Below, piece by piece: positions 35,976 to 48,590 of a DNA stretch of 64,000 nt. Under the pieces are notes generated by a model. It was not told the origin of the DNA and searched no databases. It saw nothing but the letters and a program-made list of their open reading frames with translations. A program made the position numbers and the translations under genes. The DNA is from Carcharhinus longimanus (Eukaryota), in NCBI GenBank assembly GCA_030264375.1, contig JASCQW010000190.1, positions 25,666,409-25,730,408 of the forward strand, read 5' to 3'. Numbering within the stretch: position 1 is the first letter of the stretch; every line of letters begins with the position of its first letter.

Positions 35976-37389
35976 TCAAAAAGCTAATAGCCATTTTGTT
36001 TATAAATTTTAGAAATGAAGAGGAAACCATAAATACCTATGACTCAGACAACTGAATTTAAGCAAAGCTTACCTATTTTTAGCCAGAATGTTTCAGAGCT
36101 TTATTCTCTCTTGTTAAGGCATTTACTGCTCATGTTCCTTAGAAGCCTATTTCTTTCCCCCACAAGGTGCCACTCCAATTTGAATTTCCTTAGTCTCACT
36201 AAATCCTAACTTAAAATAAATCTTTTGTAATATTGAAATTAGTAAGCAGACATTCATAAAACATTCTTCATAGTTGTATTTTAATATTGAATGTGTGCAG
36301 CATTATGTTTTACCGTACGGTTATGCTAAACATAGCTAATTTAGCTTCGCTAAGAATGCCAATGATCCATCGATCATATTCAGGATCATTCTCGAGAAGT
36401 TGACCCCATCAGGCTAGGAACCTCTTCTCCAGCTTGCCAAGCACCAGGCATTTCCAATGACAATCTTATAAGTTACAACCAAGTGGAGTTGCTTGAACTG
36501 GCCTCAATGTATCTCAGCGATGGGAAAAGAATCCTCACCAGGGTTCACATTCATAGGCTGGGAATTGGTAGCCCATTTTCAACTGTGTGTGTATATCCAC
36601 AGTCCCACTGGAGGAAGGTATACAGGCAAGTATAAAATTTAATATGATCATGATGTCTGATCAAATACCCTGCCAGCTTTCTACTTAAATTCACACAATA
36701 CAATTTTTTACATGGCCAAATTACCAGAGAGCATCCAGGATCCATACCTGAACTGGAATTACTAGCAGAGGAGAAATGGAGAACACAAATAAAATTATTA
36801 ACTGACAGCAAGATTCTTTATTGTTAATGGGTTGGTGGTTTACCAAAAACAATGCAGTGATTAAAACTTCTGGCATTTCTTTATGAGTACGAATCATAAA
36901 ATGTAGTTTATCATAGCAAAGGAGATTAGAAATTTTAAGAAGAGGTGGACACATTTCTAGTAGACAAAGTTACTGAGTGACATGGAAGGTAAGGGTGATG
37001 GAGAGGGGTTTGGGACTGATGAAAACAACCGTCTCCAGTTTTGTACAGTCCTATGTTCCACAGTACATTTCAGAACTTTTAGCGTTTAAATAATTGTGGG
37101 GTGCTAATAGGAGCAATGGAGGGGTGGAATAAAAAGTAAACAGAACTTAAGTTTTTTTTAAAAATATAAAATGATCTTGTTATCTGTAGCATTGTAAAGA
37201 AAGGAGGCAGCCCATTGCAACCAAATGAAATGATGCAGTTACCAGCTGTAAAACAGTTGTGCTAACTGCTGCATTTATTTATTTATTGAACAAAGTACAA
37301 CAGACAACTTTTAAATATGTACATGTCCAAAGAACAATAGGAAAGGTCATGAATAATGGTGGACAATTAAACAACTAACAGGATGGGGA

Positions 37390-38135
37390 GGAGGCTCCTC
37401 ATCCTCAACAATGGGGAAGGCCAACACATCAGTGCAAAAGAGAAACAAAAAACAGAAAATGCTGGAACATCTCAGCAGGTCTAACTGCACCTGTGGAGAG
37501 AGAATGGAGCTAATATTTCGAGTCTGGGTGACCCTTCATTAGAGCACTTCATCAGTGCAAAAGAGAAGACTGAATCATTTGCAACAATCTTCAGCCAGAA
37601 GTGCCAAGTGGATGATCCATCTCACAGTCTCCTACTGAGATTCTCAGCATTTCAGATGGCAGTCTTCAGCCAATTTGATTTACTCCATGAGATATCAAGT
37701 AATGATGAAGACACAGGATACTGCTAAGGCTACAGGGCCCTGGCAACATCCCACCTATAGCACTGAAAACTTGTGCTCCAGAACTTCCCACGCCACGAGG
37801 CACGCTTAGTTCGAGGACATCAGTGCAGGAGATTGTCATGGAAGTGCAGCTTCCAAATCCAGAACCTATACCTCCTAGAAGAGCAAGGGCAATGGATATG
37901 TTGGTTCCCCATCACCTTGAAGTTCCCCTCCAAGTCACTCACCATCCTGACTATAATCGCCGTTCCTTCACTGTCACTTTGTCTGAATCCTGGAACTTCC
38001 TCCCTAACAACAGTGTGGGTGCACCTACACCAGATAGACTGCAGCAGTTTAAGAGTACAGCTCATCACCACCAATTAGGGATGGGCAATAAATGCTGGCC
38101 TAGCCAGCAATGCTCATGTCTCAAGAACAAATAAA
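37390..38135 (+). mobile_element. Second-family LINE fragments
   Basis: KATGP.NIP-like segment and the same 3' end as 28500-28870. Other copies at 44770-45130 (+) and 51140-51960 (-). Confidence 0.7.
37445..37549. mobile_element. Short Penelope-associated repeat (family 2) with 18-bp TSD and a decayed hammerhead
   Basis: TSD catcagtgcaaaagagaa at 37427-37444 and 37550-37567. Minus strand reads CTAATGA-A-GGGTC-ACCCA-GACTC-GAAATATT. Related fragments near 4290-4370, 4735-4830, 26849-26961 and 40530-40745. Confidence 0.6.
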
Positions 38136-40236
38136 AAAATCACATTGTATTTCTGACAGACCAGGGTCTATAATTTAGATATTAATTTTATCATGAAGCA
38201 CATACAAGAAACACTATCTAATTAATGAATTAGCTATCATAAACTAAATCATATTTTAACATATAAGCAGAGCCCATCTTCTGCTGTCCATGCATTTTTA
38301 TCACTCCCATTTGAACTAAGTTGGTCATTAGACTGCAGCAACAAACCGTTTCTCTGTTCTGACTTGAAAAAGGAACCTGAACATCAATAAAGGGATGTTA
38401 CACAATATGTGCACACATTTCAAATAACAAAGTGGTTGTTTTGTATCAATCCTCAGGAAGCTCATCCATCCAGTAGTCAAAAGGATGTGATGGAAAGTCT
38501 TTTGCACCCCTGATAATGGAAAACCCCAGACTGATGGCCCATTGTGATCTTCCCAGAGAACCTATTTGACATGGTCAAAAAAATCCTTTAATTTCAAAAT
38601 AGAATTGATTGGTGCTGGTTGGAGAACTTGCCCCAAGACAAACCAGCCCATTGTGATCTGAACTACCCGGGCATAGTCCGTATTTGGAATGTGGCAAAAA
38701 CAGGACAATGCTTAAATGTTTGGTGACAGAAATTCAGATGAAGCATTTAATGATGCACAAACACTTTTATTGCTCTGTTAAGTAAAAGCAAACCAATGTT
38801 TGCATTGATTCCTATCCTTGTTTTTTTAAGGAAAGCTTTTCATAAAATCTGGAAAAATACTTATATACAGGTAATGGCATTAGAAATGCTTGACACAATT
38901 GGCGAGTTATTAGTTTCAGATGGTGCTTATGCATATAAATGTACAAAATATAATGACGACTTGAAAAGGAAATATAGAATCTGGAGAGATAGGAGATCTT
39001 AAGGTTTGATTAGTAGACCAGTTATTAAAAGTTATTGGGCTATAATTTGTCGTAATAGTGGTGTATGCCGTTAATTAGATTTGCTCCTGCACATTTAGCT
39101 TTTAATATTTTTCTGCAAAGAACATTGTTGAAAATGTGAGCTAATAATGTGAGAGCAAGGGGAAACAGGCATCTGCAGCCCAGGTGAACAGGGCAAATAA
39201 TCAACTATTCAGATTGAAGAGTCGTGAAATAAGCAGCACAAGGACTGAGAAGCAAGCACAATTTAGAGTGGGTCAATTCAATCAGCCAGACCTTGGTAGA
39301 ATGATGGGTTTAACAGCACACAGCATTGTTAAACTGGTTAGCAACTTCTGGTGATTCCAAATGCGCAATTAAACATGGAAACCAGAAAGCTGTCCGAGTT
39401 ACATTGCTCTTGAAGCTGGATGAGAATGGTATCTTGCTGAGAGACTTGCATTGAAACATATGGGTACAGTGTTAAGTTGCAGTACTTAAGTGATAAATAC
39501 CCACTACACTTGCCAGAAGAAAATGATGACTTGTCCATTTCAGCACAAGTAAATTTTTATTGCTATGTTAAGTCTTAACTGCTGTCAAACAACACACAGG
39601 CACAGAAAATTAATGTACATCTGTGGTGGCCACTACTTCAGATTTAGCATTAGCATTAGAGATTTAAAGTAAACATATATATTTTACTTGATCTTATCTT
39701 CTTGCATCTCTCTTCTAATTTAGTCTTTCTTTAGATCCCTTTATTTTCTCTGTACCTGATTTGACATTAAGTTAAGAATTTAGCTGCCACTTTCTGGAAA
39801 TGCTGTTCATTAACCTTCATGTGGGTTAATTAAGGCGATACAAACAAATTGTTCGTCCTAGCCCAGAGCTCTGTAGTGTGCAGAACGCCTTTTGGTTCTC
39901 CAGTTACATCAGGTTCCAGTGCAAAAAGCCAAGTGGGCGAGTGCAAATATAACAAATTATGTGTGCCATTGATTCTCTGCTATTCGCAACATCTAGTCCA
40001 AAGTCAAATCAGGTATAGAAAGAGAAATAAAGAGAAGGAAAGTGAAAAAAAGAATGAGAAAAAAATGAGACAAAAAAAACTCAAAATGATCAAAACCACG
40101 AATGAATGAATGAAATGTCACACCTGTAATAATTAATTTTCAGTAGCTGAGGGGTTGATTGGCATTAATTAACACATAGCATGTCATTAAAACTTTAAGA
40201 CTCAAAATTATATGACTCAACTTTGTGTGGCGAGTT

Positions 40237-40454
40237 AACCAAATGAAGTGTCAGATCAAGCTCAAGATAGGGTCAAGGCCTTATCCTGTCAACTTGGGTC
40301 TTATTTGTCTCTCTTGAAGGGACCTTGAATTGGATTCAATTGGATTTTGAATTTGGTTTTTGGAGCAAGCAGGGAATAGATTTGCATTTGCCCAATTTAT
40401 TCTGAACACTGGCACTGCAACTTTAAGGATGGAGTAAAATTTTTTTTAAATTGG
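40237..40454 (+). mobile_element. U2 snRNA-derived retroposon, copy 2
   Basis: Colinear with copy 1 (agatcaagctcaagat, tgtctctctt, ggtttttggagcaagca, aacttt..ggatggagtaa). Perfect 12-bp direct repeat gtgtggcgagtt at 40225-40236 and 40455-40466. Confidence 0.7.
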
Positions 40455-41230
40455 GTGTGGCGAGTTTGGCTCATGTCTATCATATAAATAAAGCATCTTC
40501 ACACCATCCCAACCACTTCAATGCAAGGACAAAGCATTCCAGATGCTGAAAATCTGAATACAAACTGAAAGTTCTGGAAATGCTCAGCAGTTGTGGTAAC
40601 ATCTAAGGCAAAGAGAAACAGAATTAGTGCTTCAGGCTGGCGACCCTTCACCAGAATAGCAGTTCAAACGAGAGATCAACTCAGCATTTTAACCCTGTTT
40701 CTCACAGACATCAGGTCTGCTCAGTATTGCCAGCATTTTCTACTCTTAATGCACTTCAGACAGTAAGGTGATCTTTTTGCAAAGGTGATGTTTTTGTAAA
40801 GCTAACAGTGGGGTGGTACAACTGGGATATGTGGATATTTGTGTTTAACTGGGCATTGGTGATTCTCCTGAAGTCGCTGTACAGTTCATGGGTTGAAAGC
40901 GACAAGTGGCATTAGCCTCACTGTTATTCCAAGAGCAAAATCAAGCCCACTGAAATGTAAAGTTAATGGTGGCAGACGGACAGATTTTCCGATGAGAAAA
41001 TTCCCCCTTCCGATATATAGAATTGGTTTCTACAACAACTTCTCTCAACAGAGTAATGCCGAAATAAGTTTATTCTTGATTGGAGTTGTTTACATTTTCA
41101 GTAGGCTTGATGATTGAAAGTTTCCCATCCTAAAGCTTTTTCAAAGCATCAGAAAAGCAGTAAGCTTAACCAAAATGAAATTTGGCCAACATACAATATA
41201 CTCTTAAGAGTTGACAGAAAGAACACACAC

Positions 41231-41333
41231 CTTTGCAGTAGATGGTGCAATTGGCCGATTCTTCATTCACCGTTACTTTCAGTTGTCTTAACCAGCACCA
41301 TTCGTCCTTCAGCTGCAGGGTCACAGTAACACA
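41231..41333 (-). CDS. ZFPM1: ZFPM1/FOG1 coding exon (exon 5 equivalent), PR/SET-like domain; not in ORF track
   Basis: Acceptor ttttctccctgcag|TGT, donor AAAG|gtgtgt, 103 nt, phase 0 to 1, which fits both neighbouring exons. Encodes CVTVTLQLKDEWCWLRQLKVTVNEESANCTIYCK(D), with the CWLR...AN motif of FOG1. Confidence 0.9.
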
Positions 41334-41571
41334 CTGCAGGGAGAAAATAACTTGTTTAGGAAACTCCTTTCCTACTTGACAATGGTTTTTGACCTAATTT
41401 TGACAGATTGCACAGAGTACAGCATTGGTTGCCAATTTTGTTCATTCAATGGTTATGATCATGAGCCAATTTAGTGCATTTAGATGACTCTAGCATGTGT
41501 GAGAAGTAATTTTGTTTTGGACTAACGCTAATGTTTTTGTGCAAATGCAGGATAAAATCCAGGATCAAGTT

Positions 41572-42670
41572 CCAACAACGCCAACTTAAATTTATATAGT
41601 GTCTTTATTGTAATAAGACATTCCAAGATGCTGCATAGGAGCATTATAAATATGACACTGAGCTGCATAAGGAGATATTAGGGCAGAGCCCCAACCACTT
41701 AGTCCAAGAGCCAAGAAAGAGCGTCTTAGAGAGATAGGGCGGTATGGAGGTGTAGGATGGGATAGGCAGAGCATAGGGCCTCGGAACTGAAAGCCCTCAA
41801 TGGTGAAGTAATCATGAATCAGGGATGCTGAAGACGCCAGAATCAGATAAATGCTAGTATCTCAGAGGGTCTCGGAGGAGTTAAAAAGAAAGGGAAGAGT
41901 GAGAATTTTATCATGACATTGTTTGATTGGGAACCAGTCAGGTCCGTAAGCACAGGCATGGTAGTTGAATGGGATTTGATGTCTTGAACATCAGAGTGTG
42001 TGGGAGTTTGGGGCAGAGTGGTTAGCACTGCTGCTTCACAGCTCCAGGGACCTGGGTTCAATTCCCGACTTGGGTCACTGTCTGTGTGGAGTTTATACAT
42101 TCTCTTCATGTCTGCGTGGGTTTCCTCCGGGTGCTCTGGTTTTCTCCCGCAGTCCAAAGATGTGCAGGTTAGCTTGATTGGCCATGCTAAAAATTGCCCT
42201 TTAGAGTCCTGAGATGCAAAGATTAGAGGGATTAGCAGGTAAATATGTAGGGATATGGGGGTAGGGCCTGGGTAAGATTGTGGTCAGTGCAGATGCAATG
42301 GGCCCAATGGTCTTTTCTGCACTGTAGAGTTTCTATGATTGGTCAGGAGTGCATTGGAATAGTCAAGTCTTCAGGGAACAAAGGCATGATTTGAGGGTTT
42401 CAGCAGCAGATGAGCTGAGTTGGGTATGGCTGGGCAAAGTTAGAGAGATAAAAAAAAAGCATTTTTAGCAATGGTTCACTTGTGTGTCATAATTGACTTA
42501 TCCAAATCAATTAGGACACCAAGTTTGGGAACAGGCTAGTTTTGTCTCAAATCGCAGCCATCGAACGGAATGAAGTCAGTAGCAGGAACGGAGTTTACAG
42601 CAGGAACCAAAACGGATGCCTTCAGCTTTTCCAATATTCGACAAGAGGAAATTTCTGCTCATCCAGTACT
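41572..42670 (-). mobile_element. L2 LINE 3' portion, interrupted by a SINE
   Basis: Reverse L2 tail caacaac..tttatatagtgtcttt; continues after the SINE (cattggaatagtcaagtct..ggtttcagcagcagatgagctgag). Confidence 0.65.
42011..42340 (+). mobile_element. HE1-type V-SINE nested in an L2 fragment
   Basis: Closely similar to 29284-29630. Confidence 0.88.
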
Positions 42671-45600
42671 GGACGGCCAAATTAAAAGGTGGGAGTTTCC
42701 CTCTACTTTGTTGTGAAAACAGACCAAACATCACCACTGATTTTGCATCAGTAGGAAATGAAGATCACTTTGCATCATTGCCAAACCTGTAGTGTAAATG
42801 CATCCTAGAACACAAGGCAAGTCAGCTAAATAGCATAATCTCTTATAGCAAAAACAAAAGCGTCCTTGGAAGTTCAATTTCAATTTCACTATTTAATTAC
42901 ATTCTTGTTAAATTTTGACTCGCGTCTTTCTGTCAGGACAGGGGAATCCGTTCTATACTTATTCTTCTTGAAATATGCAGACAATTATAAAATAGGCAAA
43001 GTATATATCACCTCAGGGACACATATTTCAAAAATACTGCGTTAAAAATTTGAATTACTTATGCACTCAATTGGTTCACCCCACTTATAATGGTATTCTT
43101 CAATTTTCAATAAATTAGCCAGAAAGTAAAGTTTTAAGAATCATGATACATTGCACAACTGAATCAAATGTGCACAATTCCTTTCACAATGCTTTCGAAT
43201 ATCTTAAAATAAAATCCAGTAAATCCGCCACTATTACTCAAATGATCCCACATTGACCTGCATCTTTGTACTTGGGAATAATTAATGAACAGAGACTCTT
43301 AGTTAAAAAGCTCAGTACACAAAAACAAGAACCACATGACAGAGTTTGAGAAATTCTCCATCTTTGACAATAATCATTAGAAGGCTAACAAAATAAAAAC
43401 TCTTCACGGCAGCACACAACATTACTCTCAGCCACAAGATGGCACCAACGATGGATTGTTCCTGCGATTTAGTTCAGTTTTTTTTCCAGGTATAGCTGGG
43501 ACAAGATTTCATAATTCAGCCAGATTAAAAAGAATAAATGGATTTCGATTTCCAAAAAGAAATAGAAACAGAAAACGCTTTCTAAGTTGAGGTCATTGGA
43601 CTGCAGTGAACAAGAATTTCTATACAGCAAGATTAACTTTACTTAGCATAGAGGTCGGCATACAAGTCAACCTCTAATGCCTCAAAGAAACCCTCCAAAA
43701 ATTGAGGTCAAGTAGTATAGATGTAAACTGCTGTTGCGTAATAGTGGTTGCCATCACTGTGGTTTGTCACGTGGGGATTTGCTTTATGCAAACATGTCTT
43801 AAACTCTCGTGCATCTTTGCAACACAGCCACATCACCTGTTCGATGCCTTCCACCAAGTTATAAGGTACAAGTAAAAGATCCATTGTGGTGTGAAAAATT
43901 GAGGCTGACTACTAATGAGGGTATAATGTGTCATGGCTGAAAAGGGGAGCAGGGGTCAACTCCTTTGCTGAGTTGATGCAAAATAATGAGTTTTGGAGCT
44001 AAGAATAATGCTGCCAGTTTATACACCATAATCTGCGTTACATTGAACAGGTTTTTTTGGCAAATTATTGTGCAAAAGTACAAAAACATACCACAAGAGG
44101 GATATGACTTATGTAATTTATTTTAAAAAGTTGCAACATCAGTGAAAAAGGCTATCACCCTCAAGTTATACAATAATAGCACTTCAAAGCATTCCTGCCC
44201 ACAGCACTTTCAGTGTAAATTTTGTAAGCCAATACCCGATGGCAGCCTGGATCCAAATTCTCCTGGATCTTACTGATTCCTATCAAAGCGCAGCCAAATG
44301 TAGCCCTCTTGGACTGCAATGGGCCTAATGTTTGGATCAGTGGCACACCAGAGGAAAGCAATACATCGATGCTTATAGGCTGTCTGGATTCTAATTTCAA
44401 AATATATGGCTATGTCTCTACCATCTCAATTCATATCTTATCCCAGGCAAAGCAGTAAATTAAGAAGCAGATCAAAATTTGATGGTTTAACAGTATCACA
44501 GTAGTTATAAAAGGAAATGCAGCCCATGGTATTGAATTTGTTCTGTCGAAAGACGACTCCCAATTTATGTTCAGTTAAATGTTAAAAGAAGCCAACTATT
44601 CCTTCCATTAAACCACGAAGAGTTTACATGAAAATATATTAATGCAAATCATCTTTCTGATAAACGGTTACAAGGAAAATGCAGGGAAAAAAGACCAGAT
44701 GGATAGTTCACGCAGAGACACAAGGGGCTGAACTGCCTCCTATGCTATAAAGAATCAAACCAATTTCCCTTGTCAGTCATTGGCATTACAATCAATGAAT
44801 TCCTCACCATCAACATCTTGGTGATCACTATCAATTGGAAACTTAAGCGGATCAGCTGCATAGATTCTGTGGCTATAAGAGTAAGTCAGAGGCTGGGCAT
44901 TTAGCAGCAAGTGACTCACCACTCTCCCCCACCCCGTAAATGTCACACACTCCATCTGGCTTTGGAACGTATCACCATTTTGGTCAAAATCCTGGAAATC
45001 TCTAATGTCACTGAGTGAGAATACCAACAATCAACAGACTGCAGCATTACACCAACATTTTCTCAAGGGCAATTAGGGATGGACAATAAATGCTGACCAC
45101 ACCAGCTGTCCACATTTGATAAACAAACAAAAATTCTACGGTTCTAAGGTGCAGTATACTGAGCAGAATTTGGTTAGCTATGAAATGCATCAACGTTAAT
45201 ACTTTGCAAACCTAGTTATTTTCTAGGCTTTTCTATCTGCTTCTGAAATTACTCAATGCTTGACAATGATGCTGACATCTGCAATCCTGAAATCTTTCAC
45301 ATCCTTTTCCTATGAATGTTAATGATTGCGAAAATTTTAATCTGGGATGATCCCTGAGCTGTTGCTGAGCTTTTGATATGAAATCTAATTATTCAGCCTC
45401 AAACCAAGAGCTACAGTCATCTCCGAGAACTCATCAGTGCAGTAGCCAGAGTTCAAAGCCAGATGCAATATCCAACATTCACGGTACAAGTGAAATATTT
45501 TACCAAAAATAATGTTGTTTGTCAACTAAATGCAATTCTATTTCAAAAATCAAATTATAACAAATGCCCGAGTGAACCTTCCACTATTTTTACAACCAAA

Positions 45601-46331
45601 CCTTAGCTAAGAAAGTCAATAATTGGTTTGCAACCGACTTTTTTTAAAACCATTCTTAATTGTTTACCCCTTTGGGAGTCACTAGAATGGGTGAAAGGGT
45701 TGGGGGGTGAGGGGGGTGGGGTGCAGGGGATGTCCATTGTCTGATGCAGTGGTCACTGGCATGCAGTAGAATCTAACAGTTGCCTGAGATTTTTGGTGGA
45801 TTTTTCAGCCTGACTATATTGAGTTATGCACATCTTGCATCTCAACTGCTGGCTGATGGGTTTCCAGAGGCCCTCTGCAACCTGCGAATAGGGAGAAACC
45901 ACAATTTCGATGTTCCAAAGCTAATTACATAACTTTATCTACATATGCATCCTAATGAATTAGTTACCAAACATCAGTCTATCATTAAACAAAATAAATG
46001 GTAATTTATTAACTGCCAACATTGGACGTGGGCTTCCTTGATTTCTGACTGCAGTCCAAGTTTCATTCGCAAAGTTCCTACCAACACATTTTCAACTGTT
46101 GTCTAATTTAACTTCTTCCACAGCGCAATGGGCATGACAATCCTAAGTTGTACTGGGAAGCCAAAATGAAGCACTGAGCTAAAAATATCTCATAGCAACC
46201 AGGTGATGCTTTTTTAAGAATTAATACAAGTATACTAGAAGTATACAGCATGTATACCAAAATAGAAAGTGCTGAAAATTCTCAAATAGTAATAAAATAG
46301 TAGCCCCTGTGGAGAAAGAAGCACAATTAAT

Positions 46332-47924
46332 GGGCAGAATTTTACCACCATAGTCTCTGGTGGAAGGGCAAGAATGTTTTCAGGTTCAGAACTCAACCAC
46401 CACATTAGAGGGATTCCGGTTATTTTTGCCAGCTCCAGTTCCCTGAACAATTAGGAAAGAGCTTGGAATGGGACAGTCATTCACTCAGGAGGACAGTTTC
46501 TGATTAGAGACCAAAGCACGCTTTGGTAAACCTTGCCAGCACTTGGATTTTTCAAGCTGTTGCACAAAAAGGAATGGGGAGGACACCACTGCCACCACAC
46601 CTCCCACCCTTTCCTGGAGGTCTTGCTGATGGTCTGCAAGAAGGCGAGTTCTCCTGAGGGAGGGTAGAGGTGGAGGTGGTAGTGGAAGAGGAAGTCAGCA
46701 GCAGGAGTGAATTCTCTCCAACATGGACATAACACAATAAGAGGATAAATGATCTGAAGAGGGGGAAATAGTTAACACTTTCGGGTGTCAAACCCTAATC
46801 TCTGGCTTGCTTAGCACTTTCCTGCACAGCACATTTTGGGTTAACACACCTTATAGCACCACTGATTCCCCTCCGTGCAGGCACCTCACAACCCATGTGC
46901 AAGAGGGCAACCTTATTGCCCTCTTGCACACATGCCTAACAAGCACCCTTCATAATTGGTGTCCTTCCTTCCACTGTACAAAAGCAAACACCAGCATTCA
47001 CTGCTTTCTCTCCCTGCAGGCAAGCAGCACACACAATTTAGCAAAAAGCAGGGAAGTGGCATGTGGGGGAAAGCAGGGGGAGGGACAGGCCTCCACTGAT
47101 GGACACTTATTGGCCAATGACAATTCATGCCCAACTGGTCCATTGGGAAGGCACTGTTCTCCAAGGATCTAGATGTTGGCAGTGACCTGCTGAGAGAGCT
47201 GGGGTTTTTTTGAGGCACTGATGCTCAGACATGTTACCAGAGCTGATCCCCTGCCTATCAACCCTATTTTGGGCATCTGATCTCCTTCCAACCAAATTTT
47301 AGTGTCTATCCCTTGCCATGCATGGGGCATGCAGTGGAGGAGAAGGCAGACAGTGCAATTGTTGGTGTGTTGCTAGGGCAATTGGTAGTGCTAGGCCCCC
47401 TGCCCTAATCTGTGGATCTGGTGGATCCCAGCTGCTCTGAAGGCAGGGAGGAGTACTGAGGCAGGTAAGTGGTTCAACAGTTGTAGCGTCTGTCAATCAG
47501 TCAGCAATCAACTTTCAAGCACTCTCTGACAGAATGCTGTGAACGGCAAGATCTCACCTGGCCATATCTGCAGCTTTTCTGTGTGACAGGTCAAAGCTTT
47601 CCCAACCTGTCAGTTTCACTGAGGAATTTTTTTCTCATTGTACATTCGCCTCCTCCAACCTGCCATGTTGAAGATGCACATTGGGACTGCTGCACGGTAG
47701 GAAGAAGAAAACTAGGTGCAATATCACTCCTAATCACTAAATACCTCAACTTTCTTCCTGCTTCAGTCATTTAGGTGGGTGGGGTCAACTTCACAACCAA
47801 TCTGCCCTTGGGAAAGGTAGAAGGTGATGGGAACTCATCAGATACTGGTCCAATGCCATATTCTGCAACTTCCTTATCTCTGTGACCCTGAATTTGCCTC
47901 CTCCAGCCTGGGAAAATTTCACCC
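46332..47924. mobile_element. Decayed PIF/Harbinger-like DNA transposon
   Basis: Imperfect TIRs gggcagaattttacc / gggaaaatttcaccc; GC-richer interior; traces of a Myb/SANT-like frame near 46610-46760. No clean TWA TSD. Confidence 0.4.
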
Positions 47925-48281
47925 ACCAAAGCTCTCCTTTTTGGGGAAAGGGACTTGCAGAGTTGGGAAGGGAAGTGTGAGGGGAGTACTGAGAAATGAA
48001 AATGTTCCCCACAAAAGGTCTGTATAATGAAATTCATTGGAATATTTTATAAAAAGGCAGCACCTATCTCACAAGCTGCAATAAAATACAAGAATGGGGA
48101 GTCCATTTTATTAGGGGTACCATGAATATCAATTGCTTGGCAGTATGCAGAAACAAATTAACTTTTTTATATGAGGCAAGAGGGAAAACATTGCTCATCA
48201 TATGCTGATCAGAACAGACTCAATAAGGTCCTTCAAACCTACCAGCTCTTTTGGGGATGACAGTGAATCATGCAACTCTTA

Positions 48282-48590
48282 GGGCGGCACAGTGATTAGC
48301 ACTGTTGCCTCACAGCGCCAGGGACCTGGGTTCAATGCCAGCCTCAGGTCAGTGTGCAGAGTTCTCCCAGTGTCTGAGTGGGTTTCCTCCTGGTGCTCCA
48401 GTTTCCTTCCACAGTCCAAAGACGTGTGGGTTAGAATGATTGGCCACGCTAAAATTGCCCCTTAGTTTCAGGAGGACGAGCAGGGCAAATACACGGGCTT
48501 ATGGGAATAGGGCCTGGGTGGGATTATTGTCAGTGCAGGCTCAATGGGCCAAACGTCATCCTTCTGCACTGAAAGGATTCTATGATTCTA
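48282..48590 (+). mobile_element. HE1-type V-SINE
   Basis: gggcggcacagtgattagcactg head through ggattctatgattcta tail. Confidence 0.87.

Noticed and set aside
45697-45729. G-quadruplex-forming G-runs
   Set aside because: Common in vertebrate introns; on the template strand and without supporting context.
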